This document shows positions 9,145-19,411 of a stretch of DNA of 64,000 nt, piece after piece. How positions within the stretch are numbered: the stretch's first letter is position 1; every line of letters starts with the position of its first letter. The position numbers were made by a program, and so were the translations under genes. The notes under the pieces were generated by a model. It ran no database searches. It saw nothing but the letters and a program-made list of their open reading frames with translations, and was not told the DNA's origin. Source of the stretch: an uncultured bacterium (lineage in GTDB: Bacteria; Patescibacteriota; Patescibacteriia; Patescibacteriales; UBA12465); the NCBI GenBank assembly GCA_938003925.1, contig CALKWQ010000015.1, forward strand, positions 1,627 through 65,626. Reading direction: 5' to 3'.

Positions 9145-10251
9145 TTATTTACTGTTACTCATCATTAAAATAGTTTCCTTAAGTTTGTTCTCGGTTGCAC
9201 ACTTTTTTTCTAGTGCATTATTTAAGGCTAATTCGGGGATATAGGTTGAATATTTACCGATTAAATTTTCTGTAAAGTACATTTTTATTAAACTATTTTC
9301 TACTCGCGGCTCTGCGGATACTTGCACTTTTGTTGAATCAAAACAGTCCTTCTCCGCTTCTACAGCTAGTTGATTATAGAAATCAAAGTAGTAACTAATA
9401 GTCAGATTTTTCTTGAAATAAAATTTATTCTTTATTAAAATTTTTGAGACTAATCCAAATTGATTATTATCGTCCCTTTCTAGATTATTCCAGGCCTGTT
9501 TAGAAATAAGGTATTCAGTTACAAAAGGTGTTGCATTACCTATTGCTTGATAATTTGCTAATTTTAATTTATATTCTTCTAAAACTGAAGAATCTCTCGG
9601 AATCATGGCAATAACTTTTTGCAAAGTGTCCAAACCAGTATCTTTAATCCCGATGCCAACCAGATAAGTAATCAATAATCCCTGTGAATTCTCTATGGCA
9701 TTACCAATAGCAATTGACTTGAGAGCTTCATCAAGCGCCACCTTATCTTCACCATTGCGAGCTAACCAGATTGCCTTTATACTGCTTAAACAACTTGCTT
9801 CCCGCCAATTATTTAACGGGGTAACAGGCATATCTCTAGATATCTTAGCGGGATGGTTGGCATCTGGTAGTTGAAATTTACTCTTAGTAGCAGCGTCTGT
9901 AAAATATTGTAAAGCTTTGTCATTGTCATCTAAAAGCTTTTTAACTACTGCCTGGTCCCACTCGTCGCTTTTTAAATAGTCAGTGGCAAGATTCTTCCCC
10001 TTAGGTATGTTATTTATATTAATCAAATCTCTCGTTTTATCTAAATCATAAAAAGCGTTGTCTGCGTCCGGAATATTAATTACCTGGAGTTGTAATTTGG
10101 AATCATCGACGGGCGGGATATCTTTTCCTTTAATCACGCTCAAAAAGAAAGGAATAATAACAATTATAATTACAAGAAAAAAAGTTGTTATTGCTAGAAA
10201 TTTTAAACCACCACTAATAGTTTGGGCAATTATCGTCTGATTTTTTTGCAT
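9145..10251 (-). CDS. hypothetical membrane-anchored protein
   Basis: 368-aa ORF with an N-terminal TM helix (LKFLAITTFFLVIIIVIIPFFL). No family recognised. Confidence 0.6.
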   Translation of the reverse strand: MQKNQTIIAQTISGGLKFLAITTFFLVIIIVIIPFFLSVIKGKDIPPVDDSKLQLQVINIPDADNAFYDLDKTRDLININNIPKGKNLATDYLKSDEWDQAVVKKLLDDNDKALQYFTDAATKSKFQLPDANHPAKISRDMPVTPLNNWREASCLSSIKAIWLARNGEDKVALDEALKSIAIGNAIENSQGLLITYLVGIGIKDTGLDTLQKVIAMIPRDSSVLEEYKLKLANYQAIGNATPFVTEYLISKQAWNNLERDDNNQFGLVSKILIKNKFYFKKNLTISYYFDFYNQLAVEAEKDCFDSTKVQVSAEPRVENSLIKMYFTENLIGKYSTYIPELALNNALEKKCATENKLKETILMMSNSK

Positions 10252-10334
10252 AACTTTAATTATTAATTATATAACTAATTATAGCAAAAAAATCGCATTG
10301 ATGACAAAATTAGGCTATTGTGGATAATTTATAC

Positions 10335-11060
10335 TTAATTATTTCCTCTCTCCTGACTTGAATTTAAAATATCATTAATTTCCTCTTGAGATAAATATTG
10401 AGCTGAATAAGTCTCACCCTGCTTTGCTAGTTGCTTAGAGAATGATCTTAAATGATTGCGGGAGCCCCTGCTTAAATTAGCGTAGATTTCTAAGATATCT
10501 TGATTATCAACTTTTAAAGATAGTTCTTTTAAGTCTTTAATATCCAAATCTTCAATAGTGGCACCAACAATTAGGGCTGAAATCAGAGATTCCTCCCCCT
10601 TATTTACTAATTCGTTATACAAATCAGAGAACACTTGACTTGAGAAAACTCCAACGGTATTTTCTTGAACTGGATCCGCAATACCATATTTTTCCAATAA
10701 GTATCTAACGGATTCAGTGTGAGTTAACTCGCTTTTTGCTATATTATTAAAAGCGTTAATACCCCATTTTTCATATAAAGTGATATAAACATCATGGGCC
10801 AACTTTTCTTCTTCCCTCATCATTATTAAGCCATCTCTTTCTTCCGTGCTTAAATTTTCCATTGGTAAATTAGCTATTTGCTGGTGAGCGACAATATAAT
10901 CATCGCTATCTACAACATTGATATTGTCTTCTTTGTTATTTGTTATCACACTCTCGTCTGCGCCTCGGATAATAGTTTTACCGCCTTGCATAACTACTGC
11001 GGTAGCAACAAAAATTACTATCACAACTACCGCGAGAACTATGATTTTATTTTTTTTCAT
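10335..11060 (-). CDS. DUF2202 ferritin-like domain protein, membrane-anchored
   Basis: EEEKLAHDVYITLYEKWG..FNNIAKSELTHTESV..LLEKYGIADP and SRGSRNHLRSF match the DUF2202 pattern as I recall it. Confidence 0.7.
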   Translation of the reverse strand: MKKNKIIVLAVVVIVIFVATAVVMQGGKTIIRGADESVITNNKEDNINVVDSDDYIVAHQQIANLPMENLSTEERDGLIMMREEEKLAHDVYITLYEKWGINAFNNIAKSELTHTESVRYLLEKYGIADPVQENTVGVFSSQVFSDLYNELVNKGEESLISALIVGATIEDLDIKDLKELSLKVDNQDILEIYANLSRGSRNHLRSFSKQLAKQGETYSAQYLSQEEINDILNSSQERGNN

Positions 11061-11074
11061 AAGTATTTTTTTTA

Positions 11075-11587
11075 TTATTTATATTTTATTTGATTATAGT
11101 GGTTGAGTTGTCGCCCTTCTCCGCTACCATTACCGAAATTGATACCATTTTCTTGCTTATATATTTTATTCATATAGCCACGTTGGTAAAAAATTTCGTT
11201 TAAACCAGTAGTATCAAGTAGGTAGCCGGCAACAGCTAGAACGGCAATAAACCAAAAAATTACCAATTTAAAATTTAGCTTATAAGAAAAATTATAACGA
11301 CGCACTAGCCAAAGGCCAATCGCTAACCCCAAAATCGCTAATATTAAAATCCACCAAGGAAAACTTTCTACTATCTGAGCAAGCCTATATTCCCCCATTG
11401 GCCCGTGCGTTCGCAAAGAGAATCTCAATAGACCAATTAAAAAAACTGAACTTAAAATAGATGACACTAAACCAATAAATGTTAAAATTGATCCAGCAAT
11501 GAAATATATTTTAGGGCGCATTTTTAACCTACCTAAGCGTATCTCATTCATGACATTGCCAGAGATGCTGTTTAATTCTTTTGACAT
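11075..11587 (-). CDS. membrane protein, putative anti-sigma partner
   Basis: 170 aa, 4 TM. Overlaps the end of the sigma gene by 16 nt (translational coupling). The role is inferred from position only. Confidence 0.45.
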   Translation of the reverse strand: MSKELNSISGNVMNEIRLGRLKMRPKIYFIAGSILTFIGLVSSILSSVFLIGLLRFSLRTHGPMGEYRLAQIVESFPWWILILAILGLAIGLWLVRRYNFSYKLNFKLVIFWFIAVLAVAGYLLDTTGLNEIFYQRGYMNKIYKQENGINFGNGSGEGRQLNHYNQIKYK

Positions 11588-12114
11588 ATGTGTTTTATTA
11601 ATATTTTTCCACGACTAATCCTAGTCGCCACTGTGCCCATTGGTAATCTCAAGATGTCGCTTATTTCTTCATAGGATTTTTCGTCAATATAATACAAACG
11701 TAGCGGTTCGGCGTATAACAAGGGTATTTTTTCAAAACATTTTTCAACCTGATCAATAATTTCTTGACGCTCAAAATCCTTTTCTAAATTTTCACTACTC
11801 TGAAAATCCACATTATCTAAGATGGGTATTTCTTTTCTATATTTTTTAGCTGCATTTATTGCTTCGTTATGAACAATGCGATAAATCCAACTAGAAAACT
11901 TCTTTTTGGTGTTAAATCCATTGAGGTTAATAAAGGCCTTAATGAATGATTCTTGAACGACATCAGCTGAATTTTGCTCATCTTTAACTAAGCTAAAAGC
12001 ATAGCGCAAAAGCTTATCCTGGTATCTAGTCATTATGACGGCATAAAGTTCCTGATCTTTAGACCTAACAAGCTCAATAATTTCTTCGTCAGAATATGTA
12101 TCTTTTTCATTCAT
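11572..12114 (-). CDS. ECF-type RNA polymerase sigma-70 factor
   Basis: Region 2 (DVVQESFIKAFINL, FSSWIYRIVHNEAINAAKK) and region 4 HTH (SYEEISDILRLPMGTVATRISRGK). I prefer the start at MNEKD (12114), because the longer ORF runs into the 12144-12179 hairpin. Confidence 0.8.
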   Translation of the reverse strand: MNEKDTYSDEEIIELVRSKDQELYAVIMTRYQDKLLRYAFSLVKDEQNSADVVQESFIKAFINLNGFNTKKKFSSWIYRIVHNEAINAAKKYRKEIPILDNVDFQSSENLEKDFERQEIIDQVEKCFEKIPLLYAEPLRLYYIDEKSYEEISDILRLPMGTVATRISRGKILIKHICQKN

Positions 12115-12143
12115 ATGCTTATTATAGCAAAATATGGTTAACG

Positions 12144-12179
12144 ACACACCAAGCTCGGTCTTTACCGAGCTTGGTGTGT
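12144..12179 (-). promoter_or_regulatory. perfect 16-bp stem-loop between the secreted-protein gene and the sigma gene
   Basis: acacaccaagctcggt-cttt-accgagcttggtgtgt. No clean U-tract on the minus strand, so it may be a terminator/attenuator or an RNA-stability element. Confidence 0.5.
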
Positions 12180-12209
12180 ATCTAGATGTTATTGGTAATA
12201 AATTTAAAT

Positions 12210-12614
12210 TTAGCGATTTAATCCCCGGCCCTGTCTATTGGTGTTAACACCGGAGTGATTTCCTGTGTGTTGACTAGCTCCTGATCCATTACGTAAACCC
12301 AACCCCAAATCTTTACGTAGTTGTTGAGCCTCAATAGTTTTTCCTTCAGCGGATAGTTTGTGAGCTTCAGCAAATTTGGAGAAATTATCCTGATTTACTA
12401 CTTGTAAAAACCTACCGTTACCACTCATCAAACTCTTCCAAGCATTGTAATCATTATTTGCAAAAGCCTGTTCCATAGCGGTATGACGATCGGCTGAATA
12501 ATTTGGACCCTTAACTGTAGAGTCACCCTGATAAGCTAAAGCTGAGCTAGCGAATATACTGGTTGCACCAATGGTTAAAGCCAGGGCACCCAAACTTAAT
12601 GTAATTTTTTTCAT
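12210..12614 (-). CDS. small secreted protein (signal peptide), unknown function
   Basis: 134 aa. MKKITLSLGALALTIGATSIFASSALA signal-like N-terminus. First gene of the sigma cluster. Confidence 0.55.
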   Translation of the reverse strand: MKKITLSLGALALTIGATSIFASSALAYQGDSTVKGPNYSADRHTAMEQAFANNDYNAWKSLMSGNGRFLQVVNQDNFSKFAEAHKLSAEGKTIEAQQLRKDLGLGLRNGSGASQHTGNHSGVNTNRQGRGLNR

Positions 12615-12749
12615 ATTTTTATATGTTAATTTTAATTATTTATAATTCACTTACTCGACCTTTGCCTCTAATACAAAGCTTAACTAGATTTTTTTTCATT
12701 AGTTTGTTTAATACACCTCCTATTAACTTAAATATATCTAATATTAAAA

Positions 12750-12780
12750 CAAAAAACAGGTATTAAAAACCTGTTTTTGT
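12750..12780 (-). terminator. intrinsic terminator of ileS
   Basis: Minus strand AACAGGT-TTTTAAT-ACCTGTT followed by TTTTGTTTT. Confidence 0.6.
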
Positions 12781-12826
12781 GTTCTGACCTGTAGAGTAAA
12801 TAGGATTATGATCGCAATTATGGTTA

Positions 12827-15763
12827 TCAAATTAGTTTTACGCCTAACCAGATTTTATTACCATCCAAGGCCACTTCTCTCTTATCGTCAATCGCCGATA
12901 CATCATCGGTTATGATTAATTCATCACATAGAGTATCTTTTTTGATGGCTTCCCCAATAATATTAAGTAAGGCTTGTAAATCAGCGTTAGCGCCACTAAT
13001 ATAAATCTGAGCACGATCGTTAACCGAAAGATTTGAGTCTTTGCGCAACATGTTAATAAAGCGCACTAAATCACGTTTTGAACCCTCTTGCTTCAACTCT
13101 GGGGTTATCTCTAAATCAAGCTCAACGGACAGATTATCATCACCACCAATCTGCCACTTCACTTCTTTAACATTTAACTCATCCGCAATTAAGTTTAGAT
13201 ATTCTTGACCACTGATATTTTTAGAGTCTGGACCCTTAACAATGGCCCGATTAAGCATCTGTCTAACTTTAATTTTAGCTTCATCTCTCTTCGCTAAACC
13301 CAACTCTACCACCTGGCGAACCAAATACATCTTTTCTAAGATTTCTTTCGACTGAATATCCTCATCAGCCTTGATCCAAGACTGAAGGTGAACTGATTTT
13401 TCGCCATCCTGGAAATTATATCCAGTCACTTTTTGCCACAAGTTTTCAGCCATAAATGGCATAAAAGGAGCAATTACTACTGATAATCTGCCTAGCACAT
13501 AACTAATGGTGCTTAAAGCCTGGACTCTATCCGCCCCAGCTTCATCCTTGAAACGATCACGCGAACGACGGAGATACCAAGTTGAAAGCTCGTTAATAAA
13601 TTCGGTAATTGGTCGCATAGCTTTAACCAGATTATAGCCTTCCATTGCCTGCATCACCTCGGCTACCAATAAATTGAGTTTAGCTGTAATCCAAATATCC
13701 AAAACATTGTTAGAATTTGGTTGTGCCATTACAGCATTACTATCTCTTTCTTCAGCATACATTTCGTAGAATTTATAAACATTCCACAACAACATCACAT
13801 TTTTGCGTAAAGACTCTTCAACTCCTTTCTCTGAAAAATTCAAATTTTCAGAAAGCATTACCGGTGACGCTAATAAATATGAGCGCAGAGCATCAGCTCC
13901 ATATTTTTCCAAGACAAACATTGGATCAGGATAGTTCTTTAATTTTTTGGCCATCTTCTTGCCATCTTCGGCTAAAACAATTCCATTAGCAATAACATTA
14001 TTGAAGGCGCGAATATCCTTAATTCCACTAGCAATAGCATGGAGATAATAAAACCAAGCCCGCGTTTGGTCTATGCCTTCGGCAATAAATTGGGCTGGAA
14101 AATTATTATCAAATTTTTCCTTATTTTCATAGGGATAATGTAGTTGGGCGTAAGGCATGGAGCCTGATTCAAACCAGCAATCTAAAACATCAGGAATTCT
14201 TTCCATTAATTGACCGCATTTCTGACATTTGAATTTTATCTTATCCACTTTATCTTTATGGATGTCAGTAATCTTTTCGCCGGACAATTCTTCTAATTCC
14301 TTAACTCCTCCAACCACTAGACGTTCTCCGCAACTGCATTCCCAGATTGGAATAGCGCTAGCCCAAAATCTTTGGCGAGAAATAGACCAATCACGGGCGC
14401 CCTCCAACCAATTGCCGAAACGACCTTCCTTTAAATAATCTGGGGACCAATTAATCTCTTTGGCGGTTTCTAACAATTTGGCCTTAATTTTAGTGATGGC
14501 CACAAACCAAGAGGAAGTAGCGTAATTGATAAGAGGAGTGTCGCAACGCCAGCAATGAGGGTAGCTATGTTCATATTTAGCCTTAGAGAACAATAGACCA
14601 CGTCCGGCTAAATATTTAATTATCTCAATGTCAGTAGAGGTGTGATCGTCTGCCGGCTTAACGTGAAGGCCCTGAAAATCTTTAACTTCTGCTTTAAAAA
14701 TACCATCTAAACCAACGTGTTGAACAAAGGGCAGATTATTATCCCGACCAAGCTTCATATCATCTTCACCGAAAGCAGGAGCAATGTGGACAATACCGAC
14801 ACCGTCAGTAGTAGTAACGAAATCGGCTGGATATATCTGCCAACCGTTAGCAACATTATTTAGAGTTGAATCGCTAGCGTAATAGTCAAATAACGGTTGA
14901 TACTTCTTGCCCACCAAAGCGGCACCATCCATTTCTTCAATCACCCGATACTCCTTATCTTTAAAATTTTCAGACACTCTTTCCTGGGCCAGTATATACT
15001 TAACACCTTCGCTTTCTACTTTGACGTACTTAATGCTACTACCAACCGCTAAAGCCACATTCCCAACCAAAGTCCAGGGAGTGGTTGTCCAGGCCAAGAC
15101 AAAAACTCCCGGTTCATCCACTAGCTCAAATTTGGCAGTGCAAGATAAATCTTTAATGTCTTTATAGCCCTCGGTCACCTCCGATTGAGATAAAGTGGTT
15201 TCGCAGCGCGGACAGATATGCATGGAGCGATAATCTTTGTAAATCAAGCCTTTATCCCATAATTCTTTAAAGACCCACCAGACAGACTCCATAAAGTCAA
15301 TATCCATCGTTTTGTACGGGTTGCTCATATCTACCCAGCGTCCCAACTTATTGGCCATTTCATACCAGGCTGGAGCATAGGTTAATACTTTTTCTCGGCA
15401 GTAGTTGTTAAATTTCTCAATGCCTAAATTTTCAATATCTTTCTTGCTGCCCATCCCTAATTCTTTTTCAACAATATTCTCAATGGGCAGGCCGTGGCAA
15501 TCCCAGCCCCATTTTCTTTCCACGCGATAACCGTGCATTGTATAATAACGCGGAACCACATCTTTCATTATTTGACCCACAATATGTCCGTAGTGTGGCG
15601 TGCCGGTAGCGAAAGGTGGACCATCATAAAAAACATAATCCCCTTGAGGCGCTTCACGTTCTACTGATTTTAGGAAAATCTTGTTTTCTTCCCAAAAATT
15701 TAAAATTTCCGCCTCCATTTGCGGAAAAGATGTTGGCTTTAATTCGTTTTTTTCTGTATTCAT
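12827..15763 (-). CDS. ileS: isoleucine--tRNA ligase (type 2, eukaryote-like form)
   Basis: 978 aa. PPFATGTPHYGHIVG (HIGH region), WGWDCHGLPIE, KMAKKLKNYPDP (KMSKS variant), Zn-finger-like CPRC..CWRC. Confidence 0.92.
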   Translation of the reverse strand: MNTEKNELKPTSFPQMEAEILNFWEENKIFLKSVEREAPQGDYVFYDGPPFATGTPHYGHIVGQIMKDVVPRYYTMHGYRVERKWGWDCHGLPIENIVEKELGMGSKKDIENLGIEKFNNYCREKVLTYAPAWYEMANKLGRWVDMSNPYKTMDIDFMESVWWVFKELWDKGLIYKDYRSMHICPRCETTLSQSEVTEGYKDIKDLSCTAKFELVDEPGVFVLAWTTTPWTLVGNVALAVGSSIKYVKVESEGVKYILAQERVSENFKDKEYRVIEEMDGAALVGKKYQPLFDYYASDSTLNNVANGWQIYPADFVTTTDGVGIVHIAPAFGEDDMKLGRDNNLPFVQHVGLDGIFKAEVKDFQGLHVKPADDHTSTDIEIIKYLAGRGLLFSKAKYEHSYPHCWRCDTPLINYATSSWFVAITKIKAKLLETAKEINWSPDYLKEGRFGNWLEGARDWSISRQRFWASAIPIWECSCGERLVVGGVKELEELSGEKITDIHKDKVDKIKFKCQKCGQLMERIPDVLDCWFESGSMPYAQLHYPYENKEKFDNNFPAQFIAEGIDQTRAWFYYLHAIASGIKDIRAFNNVIANGIVLAEDGKKMAKKLKNYPDPMFVLEKYGADALRSYLLASPVMLSENLNFSEKGVEESLRKNVMLLWNVYKFYEMYAEERDSNAVMAQPNSNNVLDIWITAKLNLLVAEVMQAMEGYNLVKAMRPITEFINELSTWYLRRSRDRFKDEAGADRVQALSTISYVLGRLSVVIAPFMPFMAENLWQKVTGYNFQDGEKSVHLQSWIKADEDIQSKEILEKMYLVRQVVELGLAKRDEAKIKVRQMLNRAIVKGPDSKNISGQEYLNLIADELNVKEVKWQIGGDDNLSVELDLEITPELKQEGSKRDLVRFINMLRKDSNLSVNDRAQIYISGANADLQALLNIIGEAIKKDTLCDELIITDDVSAIDDKREVALDGNKIWLGVKLI

Positions 15764-15915
15764 ATAAAAAATTTAAAAACTTTCAAACACAGAAGTATTA
15801 TACAAAATTTAATCATATTTTACCAGTAATTCAGAGCTTTTGACTTAAATTAAGTTTTATGGCAAAAGTAAGCACTCCAGTGAAGTAAATATTGAACTAT
15901 TTTATAAGTAAACTA

Positions 15916-15941
15916 ACAAAAACGAGCTAAAATGCTCGTTT
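15916..15941 (-). terminator. intrinsic terminator of the HD/PRTase/kinase operon
   Basis: Minus strand AACGAGC-ATTTTA-GCTCGTT followed by TTTTG. Confidence 0.55.
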
Positions 15942-16007
15942 GTGTACATATAAATCTAAAAGCCAAGCGCTAGAGCTTAAATAGCTAATTAAAAAAATCA
16001 AAACTTA

Positions 16008-16574
16008 CTATCTTGTGGCATTTTTGATTAATTTCTTGAAAGTGTGATAATTGTCTTCTACTTCTTGTTGGCAGATATCTAAAGATATAATATTATACTT
16101 TTCCTCTACTTTATTATCTAAATTACTTAAAACTTCATTAAAATTTGTAGTTCTATTACCAAATATCATCAGACCATGAAAAAATCCCTCAGGACTTAAA
16201 AATCGATAGCAATCAGAGTTAGCACAAATTTCTGCCTCCAAACAATAATAATTTTCTACTCCGTGGTGCGACTCAATACAACTAACTATTTTTTTAAAAA
16301 CTTCATCATCTAAATCAAATTGTTTCAAAAATTCTTGAGCAGCTAAAGAACTGTCTTTGACGTGTTCTGCTAGCCGCCCCTCTTGTATGCACTGCCCTAT
16401 CTTTAAATCCATTAACATAGTGCCAAGCAAGACTATGTCTTTATCTGCACCGAGAGCTTTAGCTAACTGTTGGCCTTTTTCATTAGCCAAAACAAAGTGT
16501 TCCTTTTTGGGGACGCCGTACTTATTAATTTCACTAATAGCCAACTCTCTGGCTAAATCTATAATTGCTTGCAT
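16008..16574 (-). CDS. HD-domain phosphohydrolase
   Basis: 188 aa. H..HD-type metal ligands (ESHHG and others). Confidence 0.65.
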   Translation of the reverse strand: MQAIIDLARELAISEINKYGVPKKEHFVLANEKGQQLAKALGADKDIVLLGTMLMDLKIGQCIQEGRLAEHVKDSSLAAQEFLKQFDLDDEVFKKIVSCIESHHGVENYYCLEAEICANSDCYRFLSPEGFFHGLMIFGNRTTNFNEVLSNLDNKVEEKYNIISLDICQQEVEDNYHTFKKLIKNATR

Positions 16575-16589
16575 ATTTTCAGAGCTTAA

Positions 16590-17258
16590 TTAATTAACAA
16601 ACTTGTCTAGAAATATTTTCATATCTGCGCTAATAAGGTCTGGATATTCCTCTTTATAAGTCTCATATAATTCTCTCCAAGTGAACACGGGGTGCAAATT
16701 TACTCCTAACTGAGCTAAATTCTCTCGAGCAGATTTTTCAATATCTAAAACAGTGATAACATCGTTAATTTGTAAGTTACTGGCTTGTAATTTATTAACA
16801 AATTCAATTACAGTCTTGGCGGTCACGGTAGCATCTTCAATCATTAAAACCCTATCTCCTGCCTGATATTCACCGAGTAATTCGCCCTGAGTGCTATAAT
16901 TCTTATAACCCTCTTTCCTAATGCTTAGACCCGGAACTCTTAACATGCTGGTGACACCGTAACTAAATGGCAACCCACCATAAGGAATACCGATTATCTG
17001 GTCAAAAATAATAGATTTATCTTCAATTATCTCGATAATGAGACGATTCACTTGCTCTAATAGGTCTGGAAAAGAAATAAATTTTGAAGTATCTAAAAAG
17101 ATTGGGGTACGGCTGTTATTTTTCAACAAAATCCAATCCTTCTCATCAATATTAGGTGAAATATATAAAAGTTTATGATCAATTATAGCTTTTATAACAT
17201 CTTTTTTCATATCTGGTTTTAAAAAAATCATTGTAATTATGAATAATAACTTAAACAA
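16590..17258 (-). CDS. type I phosphoribosyltransferase, orotate PRTase (PyrE)-like
   Basis: PRPP loop VLMIEDATVTAKT, GIPYGGLPFS, LLKNNSRTPIFLD resemble PyrE. Alternative start at 17210 (MKKDV). The track start overlaps the upstream gene by 8 nt. Confidence 0.65.
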   Translation of the reverse strand: MFKLLFIITMIFLKPDMKKDVIKAIIDHKLLYISPNIDEKDWILLKNNSRTPIFLDTSKFISFPDLLEQVNRLIIEIIEDKSIIFDQIIGIPYGGLPFSYGVTSMLRVPGLSIRKEGYKNYSTQGELLGEYQAGDRVLMIEDATVTAKTVIEFVNKLQASNLQINDVITVLDIEKSARENLAQLGVNLHPVFTWRELYETYKEEYPDLISADMKIFLDKFVN

Positions 17259-17826
17259 CCTGTTCTTTAAGTAATTTTATCACTTCTTTAAATGCCTTTA
17301 CCCCAGAAACCTCATCTGTAATTTCCAAAAAATAATCAGCTTCCTTTTTATTTGGGGCTTCAAAACGCTGTTTCTGCTTATTAACAAGTAAATCAATAAA
17401 GTCTTTAGAGTGATAGAGGCATTTTTGCGAACGCTGAGATGCTTTAATGCGACCTACCAATAAGGTTTCTGGCAAATTAAAATAAACCATAATTACTTTT
17501 CTGCCAGATTTTTTTGCCAAACGTCTAACTTCAGTTCTTATTTTTTTAGTTGAATTCGCACTAGTTGAAATGATTGGTAATTTTGTTTTTAAAGCTTGTC
17601 GGTAAACATCTAATACAACCATTCGTTTTAGGTGGTATCCAGAAGCTAATTCGTTAGAACCTTTAACAAAGTCCTTATCATATAAGTCTGGGTATTTATC
17701 CCTTAAGAACTCGGCTATTTCATCAGAATCTAACAGGCAAACGTGCTTCAATTTCTTGGCTATCTCCTTGCCGAAAGTAGTTTTGCCTGAGTGAGTCTTG
17801 CCAACCGTCATGATAACAAATGACAT
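17251..17826 (-). CDS. P-loop kinase (AAA_33 / polynucleotide-kinase-like fold)
   Basis: Walker A MTVGKTHSGKTTFG at the extreme N-terminus. 191 aa. Confidence 0.65.
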   Translation of the reverse strand: MSFVIMTVGKTHSGKTTFGKEIAKKLKHVCLLDSDEIAEFLRDKYPDLYDKDFVKGSNELASGYHLKRMVVLDVYRQALKTKLPIISTSANSTKKIRTEVRRLAKKSGRKVIMVYFNLPETLLVGRIKASQRSQKCLYHSKDFIDLLVNKQKQRFEAPNKKEADYFLEITDEVSGVKAFKEVIKLLKEQVV

Positions 17827-17956
17827 ATTATTAATGATATTAAATCAATATTTATATTATACCGAATAATTGATATTTTAAGAATACTAAGATAATTAGA
17901 ACAATTTATTCCTATATACTTAAAATTTATTAATTACCTTTAGGGCCCTTAACCTA

Positions 17957-17980
17957 AGAAAAAAGAGCCTTTCGGCTCAA
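17957..17980 (-). terminator. intrinsic terminator downstream of X1
   Basis: Minus strand GAGCC-GAAA-GGCTC followed by TTTTTT. Part of a 37-nt repeat shared with 25092-25128. Confidence 0.6.
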
Positions 17981-17992
17981 TTTTGATGTTTT

Positions 17993-18056
17993 GCTCGGGG
18001 TCGCGGACAAAGTTCGAACCAAAGTCATTCAATATACCCATTATAAGAGACTGGGC
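17993..18056 (-). repeat. X1: tRNA-3'-end-like repeat (family X), begins right after the stop codon of 18057..19088
   Basis: Minus strand ...TTTGGTTCGAACTTTGTCCGCGACCCCGAGCAA. 25/27 identity to the X core gctcggggtcgtggacgaagttcgaac. Confidence 0.6.
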
Positions 18057-19088
18057 TTAATTCCTAGACTCATCTTCCCTGCCGATCTCTTCACAAACTT
18101 CTAGTCCTATGTTTTTAAGTGAAGCTTCTAGATCTTTATCATTAATTACTCTAGCTTCATTGTGTTTAGTAAATATTCCTCTATTTTTAGTGGTAAAGCC
18201 ATCTTTTGGTAAATTAACAGCTGTAGATGTCTTATCGCCTAACAGAGTTAATCTTCCTCTCTTAATATATGATTTAACTAACTTAATCACTGCTTTATCA
18301 TTATAGTTCTCTAGAATTGTACTCATGGCTCTCTTAACACTGTCAAAATCACCCTTAGAACGTCTAAATTCTTCTGATCCAATACTCATAATAAAGTCTA
18401 GAATATCAGTAGCTTTCTTTTCTTTTTCACCAATCTTTTTATCTTTGTTAAAAACAATATCAGGCATATTTAAAACTGGCTCACTAACTTCACCATCTTC
18501 ATGATTCTTAAAGATAATATCTCCAGCAAGAACTTCTCCCACTCCACCGTGTTCATCATGTATTTTTCTTAGATATTTACCTGATTCAGCTAAAGCTTGA
18601 AATCTATCAAAACCTTCTACTTTATCACTATTTATTAAATCAGAACGATAAAGGTCCTGTAAGGGTAAACCTTTTAGGTAAAGACCCTTATCTTTGATCT
18701 CAATACCCTTCTCATGAATATCATAGGCATATTCCAATCCTAATCTTTTTATATTCTCAAAAATCTCTTCCTTGCCACCCCTATATCTTTTTGTGCCCGG
18801 AGCTAAAAACTTAAAAAATAGCTTTGGATGACGGCTAAAAAGCTCACTTAAATCTTTAACAACATGTTCATCATAAGTTCTCAGTATAGCATCACCAAAT
18901 TTATCTATTTTAGAAACAATTCCTTTATTATTCCAAATCAGCTTGCCATCATCTTCTATCTCCATTTTTCCACCATAAACACCCACAGTGCTTTCAAAGT
19001 CCTCAGTTGGAACTCTTGATTCATTAACTTGTTCATTAACAGAGTCTCTAATCTTATTTAACGGATTAAAATTTTCAAATTTAAACAT
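18057..19088 (-). CDS. hypothetical protein (343 aa)
   Basis: Long ORF. Weak kinase-like flavour (YLRKIHDEHGGVGEVLAGDIIF), but catalytic residues are not recognisable. Confidence 0.6.
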   Translation of the reverse strand: MFKFENFNPLNKIRDSVNEQVNESRVPTEDFESTVGVYGGKMEIEDDGKLIWNNKGIVSKIDKFGDAILRTYDEHVVKDLSELFSRHPKLFFKFLAPGTKRYRGGKEEIFENIKRLGLEYAYDIHEKGIEIKDKGLYLKGLPLQDLYRSDLINSDKVEGFDRFQALAESGKYLRKIHDEHGGVGEVLAGDIIFKNHEDGEVSEPVLNMPDIVFNKDKKIGEKEKKATDILDFIMSIGSEEFRRSKGDFDSVKRAMSTILENYNDKAVIKLVKSYIKRGRLTLLGDKTSTAVNLPKDGFTTKNRGIFTKHNEARVINDKDLEASLKNIGLEVCEEIGREDESRN

Positions 19089-19138
19089 ATTTTTATATTA
19101 TAATAACTAAATTATATCATCTTTAAAAAGAGCCAACA

Positions 19139-19172
19139 ATAAAAAAAGAGGATGTTTTTACATTCCTCTTTA
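19139..19172 (-). terminator. intrinsic terminator (minus strand) inside the 720-nt non-coding gap
   Basis: Minus strand AGAGGAATG-TAAAAA-CATCCTCT (one bulge) followed by TTTTTTT. Confidence 0.5.
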
Positions 19173-19209
19173 ATCCAAGCATATTATTTTAGGAAAAAAT
19201 CTTCAATAT

Positions 19210-19311
19210 TTATTTATACATATCTCGAGTTGCACGCTCAGTAAAATGCCAAATTAAGGGGTGAAATAGAGAAGTTATCCCTATCATCACGCCGGCAAAT
19301 AATTTGGCCAT
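19210..19311 (-). CDS. possible 33-aa hydrophobic micro-ORF
   Basis: Hand-found: MAKLFAGVMIGITSLFHPLIWHFTERATRDMYK*. Sits between the T3a module and the 19139-19172 terminator. No other support. Confidence 0.2.
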   Translation of the reverse strand: MAKLFAGVMIGITSLFHPLIWHFTERATRDMYK

Positions 19312-19411
19312 TAATTTTAATGTTCTGTGTTTTTTTCATTTCTATCTATTTTTTAAGATTAAAAAAACTATTTTTTACTAACAAAAAAGCATGCCACACG
19401 GTATATTTTTT

